DNA of 59,164 nucleotides, the filler included. It is 9 parts of 9 records of this genome, joined end to end, with 100 filler letters (N's around TTAATTAATTAA, not from the genome) between each part and the next. Parts side by side here need not be neighbours in the genome. Positions count along the whole stretch, not along the records: positions 11,273 to 16,410 come from SRR31156797_163515; positions 16,511 to 22,642 come from SRR31156797_163518; positions 22,743 to 30,472 come from SRR31156797_167687; 6 more parts are not named here. The stretch is one strand, 5' to 3'. The notes under the pieces are model-generated. The model did not search any database. It was not told the origin of the DNA and saw only the letters and a list, made by a program, of their open reading frames with translations. Made by a program: the position numbers and the translations under genes. The first letter of the stretch is position 1; each line of letters begins with the position of its first letter. Positions 11,492 to 23,223 of the stretch are shown in pieces.

Positions 11492-12535
11492 CTACGACCC
11501 GTCCGCTCCTGCGGTCGCCGCGGGAATGGGGATCAGTCGGAACCGCGCTTCGGGAGGCGGCTCGCCCGCTCCTCTGATTTCGCCGCGGGCGACGTACTCA
11601 ATCGGAAAATTGAAGTTCACCCGTCTGGGAATGACGCCCGTCGCCTGCAAGTCCTCGTCCAGAATGTGCAGGAAGATCTTGAACGGTTCCTGATCGTAGG
11701 CCTCCTTGGCCGCCGGCGTGGCCTTGATCTTCAGAATCGCCGAGACCAGGTCGGTCTCGTTCTGCAACTCGACCCGGTACTTGCCCTGCAGGTTCGGGCT
11801 GAAGCAGAACCCCAGGGTGGCACGCACGTTTTCGTCGCGCAGGACATCTTCGGCCGGCGGCAATGTCACCTGCACGGTCGTGGCCACGTTGCGATCCTGC
11901 CCGGCGGCCAGTTCCACATAGGGCGTCTTCTCGATCGCCCCTTCACGGGCCTGCGCCTGCTCGCGTGCCGAGAGGCGGACCTTGGCCACAATCGTCTCGT
12001 CGGGAATGACGAAGGCGCTGACCTCGGCCGGCACGACCTCAGCGTTCAGTTGCCGCCCGTTCTCATCGACACACTCGACCAGCAAGCGGGCCTCGACCAA
12101 CCGGCGCACCTGGACGCTCAGCGTCCTCGGCTCGCAACTCTCCACCGTCAAGCCCAGTTGCCGGATCGTGTCATTCTGGCGGAGAAAACCCAGCACATCG
12201 AACGCACGGGTCCCCTCCTCCACGAGCCCCTCGCGCACCGGATCCAGAAAGAGCGCCCCGTCCAACTCGCCTCGGTTGCGCATGCGATCGACATCGGCCA
12301 CCAGTGAGGCCGGCCCCTTCAAATCGACGCTATCGACAATCACCGGCGGTCGCACCACACCGCTCTCGTTCACAAAATTGAGCCACAGCGTCTGATCGCT
12401 CGAGCGGGCCACATCCAAGGTGATCACGTTCGACATGGTCAGGCGCTCATCCTGCGCCAAGTCCGCCCAGACCCAAATCAGCACGGTCAAGAAGATGACG
12501 ATCGACAGTTTGCCGTAAACACTGTTCTTGCCCAT
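11492..12535 (-). CDS. CdaR/YbbR-like single-pass membrane protein
   Basis: Start MGKNSVYGKLSIVIFLTVLIWVWA at 12535; V.LKGP motif; directly downstream of cdaA. Confidence 0.65.
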   Translation of the reverse strand: MGKNSVYGKLSIVIFLTVLIWVWADLAQDERLTMSNVITLDVARSSDQTLWLNFVNESGVVRPPVIVDSVDLKGPASLVADVDRMRNRGELDGALFLDPVREGLVEEGTRAFDVLGFLRQNDTIRQLGLTVESCEPRTLSVQVRRLVEARLLVECVDENGRQLNAEVVPAEVSAFVIPDETIVAKVRLSAREQAQAREGAIEKTPYVELAAGQDRNVATTVQVTLPPAEDVLRDENVRATLGFCFSPNLQGKYRVELQNETDLVSAILKIKATPAAKEAYDQEPFKIFLHILDEDLQATGVIPRRVNFNFPIEYVARGEIRGAGEPPPEARFRLIPIPAATAGADGS

Positions 12536-12639
12536 TTGCGTTATTATGCCTCGGTCAAAATCAGTTTGCCGTCGGGACTTTCGCCATCCGCAACATCGCC
12601 GCCGGTCGATATCCGCGGAACGCTCACGCCTCGAACCGG

Positions 12640-13467
12640 TCAGCCATGGCGTTTGAGAAAGCGTCCGACCAGCGGTACATCCTCGGCCGGTTTGCCGGTC
12701 AGATACGAGCGAACCTCGGTCTCCGTGACATTGCGGTCGAGTCTGCCGTTTTGGGCCACCGAGATGGCGCCGGTCTCCTCGCTGACCACCAGACACGTGG
12801 CATCCGATCCGGCGGTAATCCCCAGCGCCGCGCGATGGCGCGAGCCCAACTCAACGCCGTCGACGCTGCCCGCCTCGGCCAAAGGAAGCTGGACGCGGGC
12901 GGCCACCATGCGATCGCCCCGGATCACGACGGCCATGTCGTGCAAGGCCGCCCCAGGATAGAAAATCGTCTTGAGCAGATCGGCGGTGACGCGCGCATCG
13001 AGGCGGACCCCCGTCTCAATGAACTCGCCCAAGGCCACCTGCCTTTCTAAGACGATAATCGCCCCGATGCGGGCCGCGGAGAGCTCCGTCACGGCGGTAA
13101 TCAACTGCTCGACCGTGCGGGAAAGCTGGTGCGAGGAGCCCGTCCAAATGCGCGGCTGGCCGATCTGGATGAGCACGCGCCGGATCTCGGGTTGAAACGC
13201 CGCGGCGGCCACAATCAGCACGGCGATGAGGAACCCTTTGTAGAGGTACTGGAGCCGCAAGAACTCCAGCCGTTCGACCACGAGGTTGAGGATGAGCACC
13301 CCCGCGACCAGAATGAAGATGACACCGCGAAACAATCGTTCTCCGCGCGTGCCTTCGAGAAAATCTACCACCCAATAAACGATAAAACCGATCGAAACCA
13401 GTTCAACAGCGACTATCCACCATTCGTAGTGTGAGACCCGACTGAAATAGTCAACCAGTGTATCCAC
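12640..13467 (-). CDS. cdaA: Diadenylate cyclase CdaA (3 TM + DisA_N/DAC domain)
   Basis: FQPEIRR, GAIIVLER, LHDMAVV, LGSRHRAALG, VVSEETGAIS. Confidence 0.95.
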   Translation of the reverse strand: MDTLVDYFSRVSHYEWWIVAVELVSIGFIVYWVVDFLEGTRGERLFRGVIFILVAGVLILNLVVERLEFLRLQYLYKGFLIAVLIVAAAAFQPEIRRVLIQIGQPRIWTGSSHQLSRTVEQLITAVTELSAARIGAIIVLERQVALGEFIETGVRLDARVTADLLKTIFYPGAALHDMAVVIRGDRMVAARVQLPLAEAGSVDGVELGSRHRAALGITAGSDATCLVVSEETGAISVAQNGRLDRNVTETEVRSYLTGKPAEDVPLVGRFLKRHG

Positions 13468-13518
13468 CTAACCCCAAACCCCTTCCGCGGGCCGGCCACA
13501 CCTAACCTGACACGGGGA

Positions 13519-13779
13519 CTATGGCAGCCGCTGGTCGGTCAGATGGCTGGGCCTGTCCAACATCAGAACCGTGTCGACATCGGCCATCATCATCTGCGTA
13601 TTGGCGCGCAAGACACGCTTATGTCGGCGGTTGGCCTCCGCCACCGTCTCGCCCGGATACGAGGCGCAGCCACAGGACCAGAGCACCATAACACCCAAGA
13701 CAAAGGCCAGCGCCAGCGTACGCAAACTCAAACTCCTGACGTTCAGCTTCGCATTTCCCATAGCCACTACCCTTTTCAT
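13519..13779 (-). CDS. Small putative lipoprotein
   Basis: Hydrophobic signal with SCGC lipobox-like end; C-terminal LMLDRPSHLT. Confidence 0.6.
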   Translation of the reverse strand: MKRVVAMGNAKLNVRSLSLRTLALAFVLGVMVLWSCGCASYPGETVAEANRRHKRVLRANTQMMMADVDTVLMLDRPSHLTDQRLP

Positions 13780-14250
13780 CGTTTCCCCTTTTCTCTAGTG
13801 TTGTCGCGCTCTGCGCTGCTCATGCAGTACATCGGGCGCCCCCAAGCCACGGACTTCCAGGCTGGGGTGGCGCAAAACCTGCCCCGACATAGACTTAATT
13901 ATAGCAGGGCCCTCCGTCGATGTCAAGCGCGATGGGAATTTTCGCCCCGAATCACCTAACCGCTTCCAGCAGGCCAACTTGCGGCGTCCGGGCCCAGTCC
14001 GCGTCTGCTCGGAAGGCCATCGCGATCGGGGCCCTTGCGCCATTGGGATGCCATGCCATGCCCTGATCGCGCTGCGAAAAACTCCAGGGACAAGAGCCGG
14101 CCAGGAAAGGCCATCGTCCCAGCCGGCAGAAAAGGCTTCAAAGCTGGGGCCAAGTGGTTAGAATACACGTTTCGCATGGCGTCGCAGGTCATGCGCGTAC
14201 CCGGGAAGAAACGCAGCGCGTCCTCAAAGACCAGTGCTTAGGAGTCCGGC

Positions 14251-15537
14251 ATGAACCTCGAGTCATCACAGCCCCCTCTCACCGGCCGCCAGCGGGTGCT
14301 GGCCGCCCTGAACCACCAGCCCACTGACCGGGTCCCCGTCGATCTGGGGGGCACGCCTTGCTCGGGGGCCCACGTTAGCGTTATCGCGCATCTACGCCAG
14401 GCCCTGGGACTCGACCAGGCGGGCGAGCCGGTGAAAGTAACCGAGCCCTACCAGATGCTGGGCGAGGTCGGGCCGGACCTGAGAGAGGCCCTGGGGATCG
14501 ACGTAGCCGACCTGCCCAAGCCCGGGAACATGTTCGGATTCGCCAATGCCGGCTGGAAACCCTGGCGCACGTTCGACGGCACCAACGTGCTGGTCCCGGC
14601 CCAGTTCAACACCGAGCCCGAACCCAACGGCGACATCCTGATGTACCCCCAAGGCGACGAGTCTGTCCCCCCTTCGGCCCGGATGCCCAAAGGCGGGTAC
14701 TACTTCGACTCGATCGGTCGCCAGAAGCCCATCGACGACGCCAAGCTCGATCCGGCCGACAACACCGAAGAATTCGCCCTCATCAGCGAAGACCACTTGA
14801 AGTTCTACGAACGCCACGCCGCTGAGCTATACGATAGTACCGACCTGGCCATTGCCGCGGGATTCCCCGGCACCGCCTTCGGTGACATCGCGCTGGTGCC
14901 CGCCCCGTGGATGAAGGACCCTAAAGGCATTCGTGACATCGAGGAATGGTACATCAGCACGTTGACGCGCCAGGACTACATCAAAGAGGTCTTCGCGCGT
15001 CAGGCCGAAATCGCGGTCGAGAATCTCCAGCGCATCCATCAGGCCGTGGGCGACCGCGTCCACGTGGTGTTCATGGACGGGACCGATCTGGCCTCGCAGA
15101 ACAGCCTGTTCTGCTCCCCGGACACCTATCGCGAACTCTACCTGCCCTACGCCCGGCAGCTCAATGACTGGATTCACGCCCACACCCAATGGAAGACGCT
15201 CAAGCACTGTTGCGGCGGCTGCGAGCCCCTGATCGAGGGCTTCATCGAGGCCGGCTACGATGTGCTCAACCCCGTGCAAACCTCGGCCCAGGGCATGGAC
15301 CCCACGCAGCTCGTCGAAACCCACGGCGACCGCATCGTCTTCTGGGGCGGCGGCGTCGACACGCAGCAGACCCTGCCGTTCGGAACGCCCGACGAAGTCC
15401 GCCGACAGGTGGCCGAGCGCGTGGAGATCTTCGCGCGCAAGCACGGCTTCGTCTTCAACACCATTCACAATATTCAGTGCGACACGCCCACCGAGAATCT
15501 GCTGGCCATGTTTGCGGCGCTGGGCAGAGAAGTCTGA
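14251..15537 (+). CDS. Uroporphyrinogen decarboxylase / MtaA-CmuA methyltransferase superfamily protein
   Basis: RQRVLAALNHQPTDRVPVDLGG, HCCG, LNPVQTSA, FWGGGVDTQ..LPFGTPDEV, HNIQ. Confidence 0.88.
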   Translation: MNLESSQPPLTGRQRVLAALNHQPTDRVPVDLGGTPCSGAHVSVIAHLRQALGLDQAGEPVKVTEPYQMLGEVGPDLREALGIDVADLPKPGNMFGFANAGWKPWRTFDGTNVLVPAQFNTEPEPNGDILMYPQGDESVPPSARMPKGGYYFDSIGRQKPIDDAKLDPADNTEEFALISEDHLKFYERHAAELYDSTDLAIAAGFPGTAFGDIALVPAPWMKDPKGIRDIEEWYISTLTRQDYIKEVFARQAEIAVENLQRIHQAVGDRVHVVFMDGTDLASQNSLFCSPDTYRELYLPYARQLNDWIHAHTQWKTLKHCCGGCEPLIEGFIEAGYDVLNPVQTSAQGMDPTQLVETHGDRIVFWGGGVDTQQTLPFGTPDEVRRQVAERVEIFARKHGFVFNTIHNIQCDTPTENLLAMFAALGREV

Positions 15538-15562
15538 AGTTCCAAATGCAGGGAGGCAGAAA

Positions 15563-16410
15563 ATGGTAACCCGTTTGGTTTCACATCTGTTGTTCGTCCT
15601 GATGCTGGGTGTTCTCGCTTCCGGATGCGCGGCGCCGTCGTCCGGGCCGGCACCGCAACCCCAGGAAGCTCCCCGTGAGACGCGCGTCGAACAGAGTCTC
15701 GACGGTACCTGGCAGGTGGCCGAGGGCGCGATGGACACGATACCGACCGCATTCGACCACGAAGTCCCGGTCCCCGGGCTGCTGGATATGGCGCGTCCCG
15801 CATTTGCCGAGGTGGGCACCAAGAGCGACAAGCGGCAGGCCTTCTGGTATCGCCGCGCGTTCACGGTCGAACGTGACATTCCGGCCATCGCCATGCTCAA
15901 GATCAACAAAGCCAAGTACGGCACGAAAGTCTGGCTCAATGGACAACTCGTGGGTGAGCATCTGCCTTGCTTCACGCCCGCCCTACTGGACGTCAAGCCC
16001 CACCTCAAGGGCGCCGGGCAACCCAACGAATTGATCGTCCGCATCGGCGCCGACCGCGAGTGCCTGCCGGAGGGGCAGCCGGGCGGGTGGGACTTCGAGA
16101 AGTATCTCTATATCCCGGGCATCTACGACTCCGTCGGCCTGATCCTCACGGGCGCTCCGTACATCGCCAGCGTCCAAACGGTCCCGGACATCGAGAAAGG
16201 ACAACTGCGGGTCGTCACCGAAGTGCAAACGCCAACGTCCATCAGGGGTGGCTCCATTGGCTACCGGGTGCGCGAAGTGCGCACGGGGCAACTGACCGGC
16301 TCGGCCAAGGAGTGGGGCCTCGCGCTAACCGCGGGCCAAACCGAGAAACTGGAGGTGACCATTCCCATCCAGCACTGCCGCCTCTGGTCGCCGGAGGATC
16401 CGTTCCTCTA
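15563..16410 (+). CDS. Glycoside hydrolase family 2 lipoprotein, N-terminal part (3' truncated)
   Basis: LASGC lipobox; SLDGTWQ, VPVPG, WYRRAF, VWLNGQLVGEH, GIYDSV, LWSPEDPFL. Confidence 0.85.
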
Positions 16411-16510
16411 NNNNNNNNNNNNNNNNNNNNNNNNNNNNNNNNNNNNNNNNNNNNTTAATTAATTAANNNNNNNNNNNNNNNNNNNNNNNNNNNNNNNNNN
16501 NNNNNNNNNN

Positions 16511-19500
16511 GAGCCTCCAGAACTTTGACTCAGGGAAACCGGTATCCATGTCTCATCAAGTCTTTGATCATGACCAAAGGTCCATTTTGCGTAGGATAAT
16601 GCCCGTTCCACACGCACTTCTCCGCCAGGCACCTTGACGGTGAGATCCTTAACCCGATCATGATACCTGCCGCTGAGCGTATTGACGTCGGAGGCTACCG
16701 GCTGACAATGGTCCTGCAGGCAGTCGTTATCCTTGATATCGCAGGAGGTGCAGGTACCACCGCAAACACTGGGGAATTGGGGGGGATCGGACATGCAGTT
16801 GGTGATCTCCGTCGAGAGGCCACCAGAACCTCCGCCTCCACTACGGCTTTCTCCACTGCCAGAGCCTCCACCCAAACCGCCGCTGCCGCCACCACTGCAT
16901 TCGTCCGCACTTCCCCAGTTGCGGTTCCAGTGATGGGCGTTCGAGGATGTTGTAGAAGTGTCTCCGTTGGCGCATTCAAAGCAGGCATCTGCTTTCACCC
17001 TTCGTGAATAGCTCCCGCATCCACCAGCGCCGGTGCCGTTACCATCCGGAACCAGAGGCGACAGACAGGTCACCCTGTAGGGGATGATTACCCGCTGCAT
17101 GGCGCCCAGGCCTTGCGGCAGCGTACCGTAAAAGTCATATTTGAAATAGGCATCGCTCTTCGGCAGATCGAAGTTCACGTCGTCCGCCCTCACCAGGCCG
17201 AAATTGGTCAAGGTGATTTCCCCGTTCAGTACATCCCCGACCTGCATGTCAGGCAACGTGGTGGATGCGGGCTCCATGACCAGAACCGGTGCCGGAACGT
17301 TGGTTTCATACGTGGCTTGAAGAACGATTTCATACTCGTCTTTTATCCCGATCTCTTTTACGGACCACTCCACCGTCACGGAGTTGTACACAAGAAAGAC
17401 ATCCTTTGTCGCCGTGATACCCGGTTTGATCCAGAATCGGACGATTTTGGGCTGGTGATTGTCCGCGGAGATTCTGGCCTTGTATCGACCGGTTGGCAAA
17501 TCATTCAAATAGATCTCGCCGGCGGCATCGCTGATCCCTGCGAACTCTTCCGTCACCACAAGCTCGTTTTGAACGGTGATCGTCGCTCCACCAAGTCCCT
17601 GGATCGGCTGAAGGTCCGGATCCAACGTGCCTGTGTAGATATCGGCCACCTTGAATAAAACACTGCCGATTCCGCTTTGGGTAACCGAGGCATAGAGGTT
17701 GATGTCTGTCTGCGGATAGTTGTCACTAATAACCCGCACAATCATGTGATAGATCCCCTCGTCGACGTCTTCTCCCGGGGCCATTGTTACCGATGTTTCA
17801 CGGGGTGCACCCAATTCGAGCGTTCCCAGCGAACGGCTTCCGTTCAATACGGCCCAATCCGGCGCGGCCGATCCATCGGCGGAGAGAAGGGAGAGCGCAA
17901 CCCCGGTCATGGACACAAGCCCCTTGTTTTCGAGAACGATGGCCTCGGTCGTCGTATCTCCATGGGCCATTCCCGTTTCCACATAATTGGGGGAGAAGAA
18001 AAGCGCCGGTTTGGCATCCGAAATCCAAATATCGAGAGGTATCGTGCACCAGTTCTCATTTTCGTTGCTGGCCAATCTCAGGGTCACCGATTCTCTTTGC
18101 TGCGAATTGTTGTCGGCCCACAGGGTAAAGGAGAGGGAAATCTTTTCGCCACCGGAAAGCGAAGGGATCGGGTTTCCTGGTGTCAGGTGAATGCCCTGGG
18201 GAAGAACCCCACCGTTTTGATCCGACGGATCATAAACCAGCCGCAGATCAGTCGCCTTGATGTCAGTGTCTGCATTTACCGTCAAGGTGATCTGTTTTTC
18301 ATAGTTTGGAGGAATGTTGAGAGCAAGTGTTTCAGGCGTCACGGAAATTCTACTGATCCTGAACGTTCCGTGAACGGGCTTGGCCGTTATTTGCGGGTGA
18401 ACCACCCGGACCTGGAACAATCCCGAGGCGCCTTTGTCCGGCGTGTAGGAAAATGAAAATTTGCCTTCCCCATCGGTATAGACTTCAAAGCTGCGCTCAA
18501 AACCATCGTTGGAGAGTACCAGTGCCAAGGGGACATCGGGAAGCGCATTGCCGGTGGTGCGGCTCAAAGCCCGACCCGTGATCCGAATTTCCCGATCGCC
18601 GATGGACGTTTGCGGTTCGATGGTGTCCACCGCTGCCGTGTAGGAAGTCTCCACAAGCCGTAGGGAATGGTTGACTGCCAGGCCGTCCAGGCGCACCTGC
18701 GTATCTCTCCCTTTTTGGTAGTAGAGATCGGAAATCGAAAGCTGAACGGTAAGTTCGTCTGGCGTGCCGGGCGAGAGGTCGAATCGAACAGGATCGGAAG
18801 TAAAGATTCGGCCTAGTGCGATGCGGGCAACGGTGCTTTGATCCGATAGGGTGATTACATGTTCCCCCATAACCTGGCGAAACGGTTGAACATCGATGAC
18901 ATTTTCGTCCTTGTCGAGCAAGGTGAAGCGGATATCCTCGGCGTTACGGTTTCCGGCATCCCGGGCGGTTACGATTTCGATCTCCTCCTCCCCGGTATTC
19001 TCCAGGGTGAACCAAACAGTTCCGTTGCCGTTGCGAACAAATTCCTCATTGTAAACTTGCAGAACCGGCATCCCGGCAGCGGTGGAAATCTCCTCTTCGC
19101 GGATGATCTCGACCCTTTCGTTCGTGTCCGGGCTGATCTCAATGGTGGTTGTCAAAACGCAAGGATCGATCAGTGTTTCATAGCCTCCCACCACGACGTC
19201 AACGATCCGGGTTTTTCGGGCCTCCAGGGAAAACGGTTCTGAAGAATGGGAAATACCCGTAAGTTCCACGTTGAGCCGAAGGCTGGTCAAGGGTTCATCG
19301 GAGAGGTTTTCCACTGTGTACGCAAGGCGGTTCATCAGCCCACGTCGGACCACGGTCTCTTGCGCAAGCGTGGCTCGGATGTCTGGAAGCCGTATGCTTC
19401 GGCCGGGGCTTTGTACATGCTCGGTGTCCACGGCCACAACGGTGTAGTGGCGCGTGTCCCCGGTCCAACCGATATCGGTATAGGATGGATCCGTAATCAG

Positions 19501-22500
19501 GGTGTCGTTAAGCCGCAGACCGTCTTGCACGCTTCCAAGGTAGAGATGGTAACCGATAATGGAACGGCTGCCATGACCCCAAGAGATGACGGGGGGATCG
19601 TTTTGCCTTTGCAGTACGAAGAGGGGGTTGACGGGAAGCAGTTCAAAATTGAGGTAGAAAGAGGTCGAGGGAGGGGACTCGTTTCCCGCTGCGTCAACCG
19701 CCGTTACCGCATAGCAATGGTCCTCATGGCTCGGATCGGGATCCAGGGCCGATGTCTGTTTGATGTTCATCGCTATGGGAGAAAGGCCTGTAACATCTGT
19801 GATTTCGCCTGCCGGAGCGCGGTAGAGCCGGTAGGTGATTGAATCGGTATCGGTCGGTGCCGTCCACTTCGCCTGTATCCCCGCCGCAACCAATTCCAAG
19901 GAGAGATTTTGGGGGGCATTCGGTGCCAGGGCGTCTGCCAAAACCGTGACCGGTTCGCTCAATCCACTTTCGGCCTCCTGGCCGTTTTCCAGACGGATAC
20001 TGGTAACGGCATAGCTGTAAACACCGTCCTGGTCCGTGGTGTCTTCGTATCGGGTGTTTCCATCCATGCGAACAAGGGGAGTCGGCTCGGATTCCCAAGG
20101 CCCTTGGCGGTAGAGCCGGTAGCCAACGGCATTGTCTACCGCTTTCCAGGAAAGCGCGATCTTGCCATCCGGAAAAGGCGTGGCTGTTAGGGATTCCGGC
20201 GCCGCCAAAGGAGGCAGGTCTCCCTGGTAAACCTGAAAGCGGTTCTCTACATGGATGCGGTCGCTTTGGTTGTCCAGGTGATCGACGGCCTCATAGACGA
20301 TGGATAAAAATTCAGGCTCGGTCAGGCCCGCATCAAAGGGCAGGGTGAACGTCGCCTTCCAGGTCTGGGCTTCACCGGGCAGGGTATCCAGTTGAACGAG
20401 GGTGTCCGCGTCGATTGCTTCTCTTCCGTTGCCGGAAAGAAGATAACCCACATAGGGAAGCGTTCCCTCCTTTACCTTCTCGGAGAGACCCACAATGGCC
20501 GTAAGGACGACAGGTTCCTGTTGGTCATTGCAGATGGGTGCACCAGGGGTAACCGTCACGTTGATCACAGAAGGGCCGCTGGTGTCGATACGTATTGTGG
20601 TCCCGACATCGATTTCGGTTCCCCTGTTTCCCACAAGATCCCGCGCTGAAAATACTGCCCAGGCGGTTCCGTTTGGGGTGTCGTCGGACAGGACAAAAAC
20701 ACCCGTGTAGGTCAGATCCGTGACTTTTTCCAACTCGATGGCAATGGGTACTCCCCCGGTGGGTGTAAGGCTCAAAAAGGGGGTGGACTGGAGCGGTTCG
20801 GTCACGGTGAGAAGAGCATCCACAAAACCCTGCGCCATGGCTCCTGAATCAGGATCATGGTTTCCCGTGGGGGTATACTTGATGGACGCGGCACGGGGAG
20901 GAAGGCTATCCGCGAGCGCAGTTGCGGGGTTGGACAGGTCACTGGGGGTATTGGAAAGGTCGACACTCACCGCGCGATAATACCACGCACCGTCGGCCGG
21001 TGGAATGTCATCGTAGGCTTCGGTTTTTATTGGATTGGCGTTCACCCTTTGCGCCTGTGACGCCTGGAAAAAGTCGGAGCTGCTGCGATAAAGATGATAG
21101 CCGACCGGCTTTGTTTCCAGCGGTTTTTTCCAGCTTACACGGATCACTCCGCCTTCTTTGGGTTCAGCGGCCAGTGCGAGGGGAGGTGCGGGAAGCGTTG
21201 TATCCAAGGTCACGACAACGGTTTGGCTGCGTGGCCCTTCGCCGGCTCGATTGATCGCCGCTGCATCGATGAGGTTTTCTCCTTCGGACAAAACGAGAGA
21301 ACTGCTGAAATTCCCTTTTTCGTCGACCGTCACGGGAAGGTTCGCACTAAAGTCGTTGTGGTACAGCCGCACACGGGTTCCGGGATCCGCCTGGCCGGTG
21401 ACGGCGATTTCGGGGGTATGGGTCGTGGTTCCCATTGTCGGCGTGTCGATAACGGGTGTTTCGGGCAGGGCCAGGTTTACATCAAAATCAATGGAGACCG
21501 TGCTGACATTGTCCAGGGTGTCGAATGCCTTGATTGTCATTCGGTGACTGCCTTCGGATATGTCGGCTGGATTCAGATAGCAGGTAAAAGGAACTGCGTA
21601 ATCGGTTCGGAGAAGGGTGCCGTCAAGGTAAAACTCGACCCGGCTGACACCCGAGGCATCCTTTGCCGAAATTGAAAGAGTTGTTGCAGCGGTGAGTTCG
21701 TATCCATTTGAAAAGAAAACGCCACCGGAAACCAAATTGAAAAGTTCGGGGCCGTCCGTATCGGCCTCGGACATGGCAGGGATTGGAACGACATCCGGAC
21801 GCTCACCCCCGGAAATGTTGACGGCTGTTACGGCTATCCAATAGGTGGTTCCGTTTGTCAAACCCGCTACGCTGGCCGAGTTGTCCGTGGTGGTGACCAC
21901 AGGATCCATGCCGCTGATATCGCTGAAATTCGAGTCGAGAACATACACCCGGTAGTATTCTAGCAGATTGGATGGATGAATCGGGTCCCAGGTTAAAGCG
22001 ACTCGGCCGTTGAAGGGCTCTGCTGTCACCTCAGCCGGGTTTAAAAGCCAGGTGACGCCGGTGAGAAAAAGTCCGCTGCTCTCGTTGGGCTGACTTTGGC
22101 GATCCACCGCCGTGATCTTGACAGAGTGGGCTGTTGCCGAAGGGAGCCCGGTCCATTCGAAACCGAGTTGGTTGGTGTCAAGCATCGCAGCCTGCGTTGA
22201 ACCGTTTTGATAAAACCGATACCCAGCCAGGTCTCCGGCACTGTTCGCCGATGCTTCCCAGGAGAAAATCAACCGGTTGTCAAAAGAGTGGACGGATAGG
22301 CTTGTTACATCTTCAGGTGCTTCGACATCTTCCAACCTCGTCGAAACCGGGTTGACCATGGGGTCTATGTTGCCCGTGATGTCAACGGGAACAACGGCGA
22401 ACCAGACCTCTTTACCCTTGGGCAGGCCTTCAACTGCATAAATGAAGGTGCCGGCATTCACCTCCTCTTTCACCGGCATGGAGGAGACGTCGTCGAACCG

Positions 22501-22642
22501 GGTGTCCGCCTGCCAGTGGATACGGTAGCCTGCCACATCACCATGAGCCGCTTCGTCGTACCCGGACCAATTCAATATGGCCGTTGTGCCGCTGCCTTTT
22601 CCGTTTACGCTCAAGTCGGAAATGGTTTCGGGAGGAATATTG
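16511..22642 (-). CDS. Giant (>2040 aa) FN3/Ig-like repeat protein running into an Rhs-associated (DUF6531-like) region; open at both ends
   Basis: Repeated FN3 signatures (L.W...GY.VY...Y.V.AVD..GNES), Gly-rich/Cys-rich linker, then VNTLSGRYHDRVKDLTVKVPGGEVRVER; frame stays open to both spacers. Confidence 0.85.
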
Positions 22643-22742
22643 NNNNNNNNNNNNNNNNNNNNNNNNNNNNNNNNNNNNNNNNNNNNTTAATTAATTAANN
22701 NNNNNNNNNNNNNNNNNNNNNNNNNNNNNNNNNNNNNNNNNN

Positions 22743-22871
22743 CTCGATCCCGTCCACTTTCGGATGTCGTCGGGTCTGAAGAACCAAACCCGGCGCGGCC
22801 CACCGCCGCCGCGTTGCCGCGACACGAAGGAAATCCGGTCGCCGCTTCAGGCGGACAACAACGGGGGACAT
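22743..22871 (-). CDS. rnpA: Ribonuclease P protein component, N-terminal fragment
   Basis: Manual translation MSPVVVRLKRRPDFLRVAATRRRWAAPGLVLQ; follows rpmH. Confidence 0.9.
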
Positions 22872-22878
22872 GACTGCG

Positions 22879-23013
22879 TCAGGCCGACAGGCGTTTGCGC
22901 CCCTTGGCGCGACGATTGGCCAAAACCCGGCGACCGCCTACGGTTGCCATGCGGGAACGAAAGCCATGCCGGCGCTTACGGACGATGTTACTTGGTTGAT
23001 ATGTACGTTTCAC
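22879..23013 (-). CDS. rpmH: 50S ribosomal protein L34 (missing from the ORF track)
   Basis: Manual translation [44 protein letters not shown]. Confidence 0.98.
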   Translation of the reverse strand: MKRTYQPSNIVRKRRHGFRSRMATVGGRRVLANRRAKGRKRLSA

Positions 23014-23223
23014 TGGTCTTCTCCGACCTCAAACCGGCCCGCTGTATACGTATTTGCCCGCACGAAGTCAACGGCGGGGATTGCCGAAGAGGTGTGTCGC
23101 AGTTGCCTTTAACGCAAGGGTCACGCATTGTTTACTGGCGGCCAACATCGCGTGGGCTCATATCTGGGGACGCCTGAGCTTGGTTTTTTTGGCGGAAACC
23201 TTCGTTTTTTGGAGTCTTCAAGG

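Noticed and set aside
13780-14250. Intergenic region upstream of the lipoprotein/cdaA genes as a possible c-di-AMP riboswitch or ncRNA
   Set aside because: No conserved riboswitch motif recognisable by eye; an Rfam/Infernal scan would be needed.
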